This document shows, piece by piece, positions 48,061 through 59,496 of a DNA stretch of 64,000 nucleotides (position 1 is its first letter; every line of letters begins with the position of its first letter). The DNA is taken from the NCBI RefSeq assembly GCF_028641065.1, contig NC_073409.1:7254001-7318000 (forward strand), in the 5' to 3' direction. Source of the DNA: Leucoraja erinacea. Lineage: Eukaryota. A program made the position numbers and the translations under genes. Under the pieces are notes generated by a model that was not told the origin of the DNA, did not search any database, and saw only the letters and a program-made list of their open reading frames with translations.

Positions 48061-51000
48061 CACCTTCTTACACAAGGGAATCAATCTAATCATGATAATG
48101 AAGAGGTGGATCAGATGGTACAGCTGGCTGATAACTTTATGAGGCAAGCAGAACTTATTAAGTAATGAACTGTTCCTGTAATTTATTGGTAAATGCTATG
48201 ATTGACTTGTGGATAAACTGCCGATAAATTATGAAAGCACACGAGGCAACAGAAGCTTGAATGTGGAACCATGAACAAACTGCTGGAGAAATTCAACAGT
48301 CCAAGCAGCATCTGCGGACGCAGAAGGGTCTGCACTTTGTTTGGACACCAGCAATTAACATTATGTCAAAGATGGACACAAGGTGCTGGAGTAACTCAGC
48401 AGGTCAGGCAGCATCTCTGGAGAACATGGATGGGTGACGTTTCGGGTCAGGACCCTTCCTCAGACTGCATGGAGAGGTTTGGTGAAGTATCATCGGGACA
48501 TTCCAGGGGAGGTATATGATGGGGAAAATAACAGAAGGAATTACTGACAGCTCAGAGAATGCAGCAAGAGGCACCTTAGACCATGGACGTGACCACAGAC
48601 CAACTGGCTCAATTACTTTATTGTTCCTGATTGTTTTCATTTCTATACAACATATATTGTCCACCAAACTTGGGCCTATTTTTACAGTGAATGTTTTTTG
48701 TTACTTTGGTTGTTTAAAATAGATTGTGATCATGAATTGTAGAGGAAACAGTGCATTTTGGATCTTAATTAATAAGTGTGGCGGGGCTTATGGGGAGAAG
48801 GCAGAATAATGGAGTAGGAAGGGAAAGATATATCAGCCATGATTCAATGGCTGAGTAGACTTGATGGGCCGAAGGGCAAAATTCAGCCCCCGGATAACAT
48901 ATGAATTGCCTGCTGAATATAAAAAAAGTTTTCATACATTTAGTTGTTTAAAGTGTAGTTAAATCCGGAAATAAAGGCCAACGTCACAAGTGGTGTCAGA
49001 ATCCATAAACTCAGCGTTTTGTGTAATTGGTTAAAATAATCCCACATTGGATACAATATGTAGCACATGTGATGATGGTTTATACTGATAACCTCTCTGA
49101 AGAATAGGCCCTTTGTGGTCTCTGACAAGTGAACACTGTCTTGCTGCAGTTAATGCCGCAGCGTCTGTTTCCATGGGAAATAATGGGAAGAAATCCAAAT
49201 TTCAGATTATCGTTATTAAAAGCATCTGATTAAATCTACCGCAACAGCAATGTTTTGCTCAGGAGACTGACGGAGCAGTGTCGGACCTCAGACCATGCCC
49301 CGGCTACTGGCTTTACCTTGCTCCAAACGGTATTCACGGTATCTACACACTGTGGATGGCTCAATTGTATTGTCAATGTGTTGTCTTTATCGTGTATTTT
49401 CATGTATTGTCTTTCCGCTGACTGGTTAGCACGCAACAACAGTTTTTTCACTGTACCTCGGTAAACGTGACAATCAACTCAACTACTTTATGGCGAGTTG
49501 CTCCACAGCTCCATGGACAGATGCAGCACAGCCATGCAGAATGCAAAACAAATCGCACCCTCGTCACCACCTCACGCTTCAATGATCATGGAGTCGCATA
49601 GTCATACAGCATGGAAACAGGCCCTTCGGCCCATATTGCCCACACCGGCCAACATGTCCCATCTACACTTGTCCCACCTGCCTGTGTTTGTCACATGTCC
49701 CCCTAAAACCTTTCCTATCCATGTACCGGTCTCATTGTTTCTTAAACGGCGCGATAGTACCTGCCTCAACTACCTCCTCCGGCAGCTTGTTCCTTACACC
49801 CATTGCCCTTTGTTTGTGTAAAAATATTACCCTTCCGGACCGATCCCTGTGTAATCTCCTCCCTCACCGTTGAACCTATGTCCTCTGATAGACAAAAATG
49901 CTGGAGAAACTCAGCGGGTGCGGCAGCATCTATGGAGCGAAGGAGATAGGCAACGTTTCGGAACCCGAAACGTTGCCTATCTGCTTCGCTCCATAGATGC
50001 TGCCGCACCCGCGGAGTTTCTCCAGCATTTTTGTCTACCTTCGATTTTCCAGCATCTGCAGTTCCTTCTTAAACACTTTGTCTACTCCACTATGTCCTCT
50101 GGTTCTCGATTCCCCTACTCTGGGCAAGTCCCAGCTTGAAGCTGATGTCATCATCATGTCAGACACACTATTATATCAAAGATTCAGAAACAAGTGAATA
50201 TGTCTTTAATTTCCAACACATCTGTTAATATTTCAACAAATATCCTTCTTCGGTCCTCTCCACATCCCCAACCTCCACCCGCACGAACGCCACAATCCTA
50301 CAGCTGTCTGCTTTAACTAATGGGACCTACCCAAGGTTTCTTGGTCTCTGTGTGTCGCGCTGTGCCGCTGCAGTCTCTCCTTTTGGCCCAAGCGCAGAAA
50401 ACCTCGCGGTGAACTCGGCAAAGCGACAGTCCCCGGGACTCAGATGTCACAGCGGGAACTGAAAGACCCCAGCAAGCGATTCCCACGACTGAGTGTGACC
50501 CGGAAATGTGAAAAAGCAGCTTGCCCTTTCATCGAGTTTATTTTGAAATGCGCATTTACCGCCAGTATAAAACGCTGCCGTGAGTTCCCCGGCACTTGGT
50601 TCCAGGCACTTCAATCATTTTATGGCCCATGAACTTGGAAATATTAAATAGAACGTCTTTCCTCTGAAGTTGGACCAAGTCCAGACTGTAACATGGTTTC
50701 TGCTTTAGAACAAAAACTATGAATCTGGTGAAGCCACTACAATGAAATGGCTGGTTTTGAAGTATTTAGTTGGCGGGGATTTCCAGCTTCAGCTTCGATA
50801 ACCCCCAGCTGTGAGACTTGTTCCTTTCCAGCGGTGTCACTGACCGACTTTAATGGGTAACTAAAGACTGTCCATCAACGATCAGCTGCAACTACAAATG
50901 TTTAACCAATCAAGAGTGACGACCATATGACTAACACGGGTTCATAGATTTGTAATTTTAATTGGAAAAGTAAAATGTCCAACAGCAGATGTTGACATTT

Positions 51001-54000
51001 TCAAGAGAGAGTTAGATTTAGTTTTTAGGGTTATAGGAATCAAGGGATATGGAGTGAAAACAGAACGGGGTATTGATTTGAGATGATCGGCCATGATCAT
51101 ATTGAATGGGAATGCTGGCTCGAAGGGCCGAACGGCCTAATACTGCACTTATTTTTCTATGTTTCTAACTGAAGGCATGAGATGCTGGAAGCGCTGCTCG
51201 GGTCGGGCAGCATCTGCGACGGCAGAGCTCCCCTTCTACACGTCCCTGGTCTTGTGAGCGATCCCAGCATTTTCTCTTCAATTGCATTTTTATTCCATAA
51301 AGGTTTATAGACACCGAATGAGTTTAGAAGCGCCGCCTGTCGTAAAGGAACGGAAAAGAAAGATGTTGTCTAAAATGTTTCTGAAACGTTGTGATAGTCC
51401 CGCCTCAACTACCTCCTGCGGCAGCTCGTTCCATGCACCCAGCGCCCTTTGAGTTTGAAGAAGGGTCTCGATCCGAAACGTCACCCATACCTCCTCTCCA
51501 GAGATGCTGCCTGTCCCGCTGAGCTACTCCAGCATTTTGTGCTTGCCCTTTGTGTGGAAAAAGATACCCCTCTTTCCCCCCTCCCTTTAAACCTATGCTC
51601 TCTGGTTCTCGGTTCCCCTACTCTGGGCAAGAGGCTCTGTGCGTCTACCCGACCTCTCATTGTCACAAAATATGAAACAAAGTTTGTTGTTCATGATCTA
51701 AGATGAGTTTGCAGGGAGAAGGGAGAGCCGGGCTCAGCGCCAGGGAGGTGGGTGGAAAAGATGAACACTGTGGAGGAACGGCAGTTTCAACTCCATGTGA
51801 CAACATCTTTCTTTTCTGAGAGTTGGATAAAGCAACACGGAGTCTTCTTGTTCCGGACGTTGACAAAGCCAAGCCTTTCAGACAAGTCTTTCTGTGCACT
51901 TGGTATAGATGGATACATATGTAATATTCTTCCCACCAATAATCTTAACACAGCAAATTGACTCATGTCAACTGGATAGCGCTAACTCGGGAACTTGTAA
52001 ATCAAACGCAGATTATGGTCCTTTTTCAACCGTAAATTGTATTCTTCGATCTTCCCAATTTGCCACAGGGCATTTGTAAAGCATTACAAAGTGGTGAAAC
52101 AAGACGGCTCTAAAGATCACAAATAACCTGTCAGTTTGAAGTACAATGATGGGTTATAGTGCTGGGCTGTTTGTACTGACAACTGAAAATCAATGGCAGA
52201 TATCGTCTTGTAGAAATAAAGAACTGCAGATGCTGGTTAATACACAAAAGGACACAGAGTGATGGATAACTCGGCAGGCCAGGCAGCATCGCTGGAGAAC
52301 TGGGATAGGTGACGTTTCGGGTTGAGACCATACTTCGGACCCTTATGATGGGGAGAAGGCAGGAGAATGGAGTTGAGAAGGAAAGATGAGAGAACTGGGA
52401 TAGGTGACAAGTTACTCGGGTTGAGACCCCATACTGCCTTCGGACCCTTACTTGGTTTATACTCTCTAGAATTTAGGAGATGGAGGGGATCTTATAGAAA
52501 CTTACAAAATTCTTAAGGGGTTGGACAGGCAGATGAGAAGATGGAGTTGAGAAGGACAAGGGGTCACAGAGGATAAGGGGGATGTAGAGAACTTTTTTCA
52601 CACAGAGAGTGGTGTTTGGAACCACTAATGGGAGCCATCTGGCCCATCAAGTCTACTCCGCCATTCAATCATGGCTGATCTATCTTTTGCTCTCAACCCC
52701 ATTCCCCTGCCTTCTCCCTATAACCCCTGACACCCATACTAATCATGAATCTGCCAATCTGCACCCTAAAAATACCCAACGATGACCTCCACAGCTGATG
52801 GTGGCAATGAATTCCACAGATTCACCAGCCACTGACTAAATAAATTCCTCCTTTCCAAAGGTACATCCTTTTATTCGGAGGCTGTGCCCTCTGGTCCTAG
52901 ACTCTCCCACTAGTGGAAACATTCTTTCCGCATCCATGCTATCCAGGATCAATCCACGATGCTCTATCGAATGTGGAATTTTCCCGCCCTCGACCCTGGT
53001 CCTTAGTCTCACCAACAATGTATTCATGGTCAGGGTTGTAAGAGAGTTTGCGAAATATTCCTCGCAGAGTTATGGATCCAACTCTCCACAAAAACATTAA
53101 TAGATGGATAAATATTTACCATACAACTCAAAAGCAAAATGCCTCTGATGGACAAGTTCAAAGCACACTGAAAATTTCTGGGGATTCTTGGCACAAATGA
53201 ATCATATAACTGTTGATTTAATATTGCGAAAACATTTTTTAAAAGTGGATTTCTCATTATTTAGCCTTCTGGAATTCTGTTTATTCGTATGTATAGCTTA
53301 ATTTTTATCATATAAATCTGACTTTGTTAAATTGTTTAAATTAAAATCCTCTCTTGTAAAACATTTTAATTAAAAGACAGAACAGAGGGCAGGGGCAACA
53401 GATTTTAAGTGTTCAATAGTGCTATTGGCTAGATTCCTCTGGATACACTCAAAAAACTGGAATAACTCAGTGGGTCAGGCAGCATCTTGGAGAAAAGGAA
53501 CAGGTCGATATCCTTCTTCAGACTTGATATAATTGTAATTGTAAAATTGTCCCTGGTGTGTGCAGGATAGTGTGAATGGACTCAGTAGGACAAAGGGCCT
53601 GTTTCCATGCTGTATTTCTAAAACTAAAATGCTGTACTCCTGTCCAGGGGCTCGACAGAAGCTGAAGGTGTGTGTTTGAATGGGATAGATTCAATGTATC
53701 TGGGCTGAGATTTTGCAGTGTTGCTGCTTCTTCGACTGTGCTAGATTCGATTGTTCAATCTTTGCTACAACCAAGTCTCCCTGTTGGTCCAAAAGTTAGT
53801 TTGCACCAAGCCTTGAATAAAGCTCTTGCATTAAAATAAATAGTGACTGCATATTTAAACTATCTAGCCTATGATCCAATATTAGCAACTCGAGCCATCA
53901 AGTGGACCTCCAAAATAGCCATGTTATTGTGCTGTTGCTAATGTTGTCACGTAACCACAAATAAACTATTTTTTGATCCCACATTGAATCTAAAAACTTA

Positions 54001-55044
54001 TGAAAGTTACTTGTATTTAAAATCTCGGCCTTTGATGTTTAACTTAAAGACAAGCTTTTAAAATGCTGGTATAGTTTGTAGTCACTTGTAGTGGTTGGAA
54101 GAGATCCAGCTTCCTCCAGCTGTTTGGTTTTGTTCCAAATTCCAGCAACTACCATCTCTCCACTTGTAGCAGTGGGCTTGACTTTTGGTCAGGTCATTTC
54201 TGTGTTGTGTGCAAATTGGGACATTGATATTTTTAACTATTTTTGTGAAGGCAGCGCTATAGTTGATACATAGGAATCTTTCCAAATACATTTTATCTCT
54301 GTGCTGTAATCACCTTCTCCCAGCTAACATTGATCTGTTCTACATTGTCCTTGATCTCCATTCCCTTTGTCCTGTTTTCACATCTTACACTTCCTTATCT
54401 CTGTATCCCCCTTTCCCCTGACATCAGTCTGAAGAAGGGGTCTCAACCCGAAATGTCACCTATGCCTTCTCTCTGGAGATGCTGCCTTTCCCGCTGAGTT
54501 ACTCCAGCATTTTGTGTCTATCTTTGATTTAAACCATCATCTGCAGTTCCTTCATACACAAATAGGAGTCTAATATAGGTGTCCCAGTTATCTGGGTCTT
54601 CCAGAGATGAGTTCAGGGCCGGGGGAGATGGTACATGCTGTGGATCTGTACTGAGGGCAGCAAACTGCAGTGTATCAAGGCTAGCGAGGAGATTGGAGTT
54701 AATGTGTGCTATCACCAGTGTCTGGAAGAACCTCTTGATAATGGAGGTCAGAGCCACTGGATGGTAAATCATGAAGGCACGCTACCTTATTTTTTTTTGG
54801 CACTGGGATGATAGTGGTCTTTTTGGTTAAAGATGTCTGTGATTACCTCTTCCAGCTGATCCACATAAATCCTGAGGACAGGTCCTGGGATTCCACCCAG
54901 ACCAAATTCAAGAAGTTATAACCCCAGTAGTAATTACATCATTTAGCGAGTGCACTATTGCCTTCACAAAGACTGGTGAGCTGTTCAGAAAGTGAAATGA
55001 TCTTTGGAAGATAAGGGGCAGTAAACAAATCACAGCCTCATAAA

Positions 55045-55095
55045 GGGGTGGAAGATTGCAACCTTCACGTGGTCCACCCTGTTTCGACTAATGCA
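55045..55095 (+). ncRNA. Candidate HDV-like (CPEB3-type) self-cleaving ribozyme with minimal P4
   Basis: P1 GGGGUGG/CCACCCU with a G1-U wobble, P2 UGCA/UGCA, P3 ACC/GGU, L3 UUCACGU and J4/2 ACUAA with putative catalytic C55088. Structure assigned by hand. Confidence 0.65.
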
Positions 55096-55168
55096 CAAAC
55101 GAAAGATCAAATAGAACAAGTTGTCCAACAACTTTAGGCTGTGCACGCCACACGAAAGAAGAAGAAGA
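55045..55168 (+). mobile_element. ~125-nt SINE-like retroelement (Vingi/ingi- or RTE-related) with a (GAA)n tail and 9-bp TSD
   Basis: AGCCTCATA at 55034-55042 and 55169-55177; 3' end CACGAAAGAAGAAGAAGAAG; no tRNA head. Confidence 0.7.
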
Positions 55169-55976
55169 AGCCTCATATAAAGGCACAGAAACATCTGATA
55201 ACTGGGTTAGCATCCAGTTAAAGCAATAAAGAGTGAAACAAGAGATAATACAAATAAATCCCAGTTGTTAATACATCAGGCTCACCTTATTTACGAGGGG
55301 TTCAAACCTCAGGAAACAGAGTGCTGGAGTAATTCAGCAGGGCAGGCAGCATTCCTGGAGAACATGGATAGGTGCCGTTTCGGATCGGGACAACTTCTTC
55401 AGACTGTAGTTCTTTGTTTCTACAGCGGTTCAAACCTGCCTCATTTTCCAAGTTGGCAACTGTAGTTTTGCAATGCGATGTTGGGAGGATTCATTGTTTT
55501 ATGAACGGAGCAAAGTTCTATCCAAGGTGCTAAACAGAGGACAATGCTAATATGATAATATGAAGCCCTAATCTCACTGAATGGTGGAATGTGCTGAAGG
55601 AGTAGTTTAAGTCCCTCCTGTTGTAGAAACAGGGAACTGCAGATGCTGCTTCACCCAAAAGGACACAAAGTGCTGGAGTAACTCAGCAGGTTAGGCAACA
55701 TCTCCGGAGAAAATTAATATTAGGTCATAAAAGAGACATTTTGGGTCTTTTTCTTCGGCGTAAACCAGCATCTGCAGTTCCTTCCTATACATTGGTAGTT
55801 GAGGCATGTAGAATAACAACATTCAAAAGACATTAGGACAGGTACATGAATAGAAAAAATTGAGAGGGATGTGGGTCAAACGCGGGCAAATGGGACTACC
55901 TTAGATGGAGCATCGTGGTTGGCATAGACGAGCGGGGCCGAAGGGTCTGTTTCCTTGCTGTTTCGGGAGTTAAATT

Positions 55977-56355
55977 AGGTGGTGCTGATGAGTGAAGTCC
56001 AGCAGCTGCAGTAACAGCCCGGAGCCTGCGGGAGGGGCTAATGGGCGGATGAGTCGGGTGACCAGAGGTGGCGCTGATGAGTGAACTCCGGTGGCTGCAG
56101 TTACAGCTAAAGCCTGTGGGTGGCGGGGAAGTCGGCTGACCAGAGGTGGCGCTGATGAGTGAACTGGGGCGGCTGCAGTAACAGCCGCAGCCTGTGGGTG
56201 GCGGAGAAGTCGGCTGACCAGAGGTGGCGCTGATGAGTGAACTGGGGCGACTGCAGTAACAGCCGCAGCCTGTGGGTGGCAGAGGTGGCGCTGATGAGTG
56301 AACTCCGGCGGCAGCAGTGATAGCGGCCTGCGGGCGTGCGGGCAGTGGAGTCGGC
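55977..56355 (+). repeat. GC-rich ~78-bp tandem repeat, about 5 copies, upstream of the DPP8 promoter
   Basis: CAGAGGTGGCGCTGATGAGTGAACT...CTGCAGTAACAGCC recurs at ~55977, 56063, 56141, 56219 and 56280. Confidence 0.9.
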
Positions 56356-56720
56356 TGGCCGGGGGCGGCGCTGTTGGCGGAGGGCGGGGCCGGATCCGCG
56401 GGGCGGGGATCGCCCCTCGCCCCCGTTTGTTGACGTCGGGGAGCGGAAGTGCAAGAGGAGCCCGGAAGCGAGGGAGGGAGGCGCGCAGTGCGGGTGAGGA
56501 TGGAGCGGGCGCCGCGTTTGTTCTCCCGCTTCAGCCGCCGAGCAGCAGCAGCAGCAGGAGCGACGCGCTCAATACATTCTGACCCTTGTCTTTTACCCCC
56601 CACCCCGGGGCAGAACCCTCCCTCCCTCCCTGGATGCGCGGCATTCACTCCCTGCCCGCACGTCGAACCTGCATTTGTGTAGCGCCGGCACCGTCCCTCT
56701 GCAGGGATCATGAGGGGAGG
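56330..56720 (+). promoter_or_regulatory. CpG-island promoter and probable non-coding first exon of DPP8
   Basis: GC/CpG-rich; GC boxes (GGGCGGGG near 56382 and 56400), CRE-like TGACGTC (56431), ETS GCGGAAGTG (56443); candidate donor CGG|gtgagg at 56493/56494. Confidence 0.65.
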
Positions 56721-58005
56721 AGTCTGACCTCACAGGTTTAATCACAGACATTGAGTGTTTAAGGGTCAGCGAGTCGTTGCCGCAGCTTTGCTTAGGCCGC
56801 ATTCTGTGTGTCGTGTGCAGTTCTGGTTTCCCCATTAACAGGAAGGGTGGGGAGGCTTTGGAAAAAGGTGCAGAGGAGGGAGGTTCATCGGGAAGAAGAT
56901 ATACACACAACGCTGCAGTCACTCAGCAGGGCCAGGCAGCATCTCTGGAGGAAAACAGGATGGGTGATGTTTCGGGTCGGGACCCTCTTCAGACTGAAAG
57001 TATTGGGTGGGTGGGGGAGAATTTGCAGGCGAGAAAAGATCAGGGCCAGCCACAAATGCCTGAATGATGCCTGGATTAGAGGGTGTAAGCTATAAGGAGA
57101 GGTTGTACAGACTTGGAGTGTTTTCTCAGGAATGCTGGAGGTTGCAGCGAGGTCAGATACAAGTATCAGATTCAATTTTAATTGTCAGTGTACAGTACAG
57201 AGACAACGAAATGCATTTCGTCAAAAAGTATATACATTTAGGAGAGACATAGACAAGGTAGACGGAACCTGAAGAAGGGTCTCAACCCATAACGTCACCT
57301 CCTATTCTCCAGAGATGCTGCCTGATCTGCTGAGCTCCTCCAGTTTTTTTGTGTCTATCTTTGGATTAAATAGCATATGCAGTTCCTTCCTACACATTTT
57401 TTTTACTGCAGGGCGGAAACGTTAAGGACTAGAGGGATAGATGTATGGTGAGAAGTGGGAAGTTTAAAGATATGGGGGGGCAAGTTTTATTTTACACTGT
57501 TGTGTGGGGTGGTGTTGGAGGCAGATAGATAATGGTGTTCAAAAAGATTTTAGACAGGTACATGGATATGCAGGGAATGGAGACATAGGGATCATGTGTA
57601 GACAAATTAGATTAGCTTGGCATCATGTTGGGCATGGCCGTTGTGAGCTGAAGGGACTGTTTCTGTGTTGTATTTATGCTCCAAAATCCATCAATTATTC
57701 AGCCTTTATATCTCAAATCCAAAATAAATCAATGTGAGATTGCCTCAAATGATGGAACCTATCACAGTTCTAATTGCAAGAGCTGGAACGTCATAGGAAA
57801 GCCAGCGAGTGGTACAGTTTCTGCACCAGATTACTTCCAATGTTGTGCATTATGTGTGGAGTGAGGAATAATCTAGAGGCATGCATTAATCTCAACAGCA
57901 CGCCACTCTACAGTAGTGCTGCTGTTGTTGGGGTAGCACATCTTAGGGGCAGTATCTGTGTTTTTATACTTCTTTCTCTGTCCTTATCTTTTAGGAGGGG
58001 TGTTG

Positions 58006-58264
58006 ATGGCTGCAGCAATGGAAACCGAACAACCAAATATTGAGGTTTTTGAAACAGCTTCTGCCAATGCCACTGCGGATGTTGAAGGGTGCGAGGCGTT
58101 TGAACCGTATTACGTGGAGCGATACACGTGGAGCCGCCTCCGCAAATTAATCACGGACAGCAGGAAACTACATGGGCACATGATGGCAAAAACCCCCCAT
58201 GATTTTTATTTTGTAAAGAAAAATGACCCCGAAGGTCCTCAATCAGATCGTCTCTATTATCTTG
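58006..58264 (+). CDS. DPP8: Dipeptidyl peptidase 8, first coding exon
   Basis: Acceptor ttttag| at 57994, ATG at 58006; MAAAMETEQ...FEPYYVERYTWSRLRKLITDSRK...HDFYFVKKNDPEGPQSDRLYYL; donor CTT G|gtgagt. The MAAAMETEQ start is DPP8-type rather than DPP9-type. Confidence 0.93.
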
Positions 58265-59071
58265 GTGAGTTCCTTCTGTTTCTCAATTGTACCCAGTCTG
58301 CAGTATTAATTGTTTCGATTAGAGACACAGCATGGAAACAGGCCCTACGGCCCAGAGTCCACACCGGCCATTGATCACCCGTACACTAGTTCTATGCTTG
58401 TCTTTGAAATGTGGGAGTAAACTGGAGAACCCAGAGAAAATACAGGGCAAATGTACAAACACCATACTGATAACAACCACAGTCAGGATCACACCCAGGT
58501 CCCTGGCGTTGTGAGGCAGCAACTATACCATTGCTCTACCGTGTCACCCTCGCCGCACCACTCTGCTGTTGCATTTCAATTCTAAAGGCTCGTAGTCGCT
58601 TTAGAATCATCTGGATCGGTCTGTTTTGTGACTGGATGTATCCATTGCTGAACAACCTCAAGTCAAGTCAAGTTTTATTTGTCACTTGCACATAAAGTGC
58701 AAGTGAAATGAATTTGCCAGCAGCGGTACAATAAAAAAGAACACACAATACACAATAAAAATTGAACACAAACATTTTACCTTTCCTTCGTGAGAGAAAG
58801 AATGCTACTTTCTTGAGGAACAACCACATTGATGGGACAACAAAGAAGGCGCACCAACGTCAGACTGATCAGTATGAACAAGGGTTCCAACCCAAAAGTC
58901 ACCTTTTCATGGTCTCCAGATATGCTGTCTGACCTGTTCATTTACTCACTCCAGCGCTTTGCAACTTTGTAAGGGCTGATAATCTATAATTTGTTGATCT
59001 GAAGAGTTCTTGTAATATTACCGTCCCTTGACCTGGAAGATAATGGATTTAAGTGTATGGTTCTCTTCCAG

Positions 59072-59184
59072 CTATGTCAAATGAAAACCGGGAAAATACC
59101 TTGTTCTACTCGGATATTCCTCAAATTATCAACAAGGATGCTGCCCACTTGCTCACGTGGACTCCACTGCTGGACTATTTTCAG
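59072..59184 (+). CDS. DPP8: DPP8 coding exon 2
   Basis: ttccag|CT ATG TCA AAT GAA AAC CGG...TTT CAG|gtatgc; (A)MSNENRENTLFYSDIP...WTPLLDYFQ. Confidence 0.93.
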
Positions 59185-59232
59185 GTATGCGGGATCGAGT
59201 TTGTGTCTTTCATTTTACTTATTGCTCAATAA

Positions 59233-59496
<264 letters not shown>

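Noticed and set aside
55977-56355. CTGATGAG in each VNTR unit as a hammerhead core or snoRNA C box; array as CRISPR-like
   Set aside because: No GAAA/stem III follows stem II and there is no terminal stem or box D arrangement. The inter-repeat parts are not unique spacers, and the DNA is eukaryotic.
55896-56711. 271-aa minus-strand ORF at the DPP8 promoter
   Set aside because: Read-through of the 78-bp (26-codon) repeat and CpG island; low complexity with no homology recognised.
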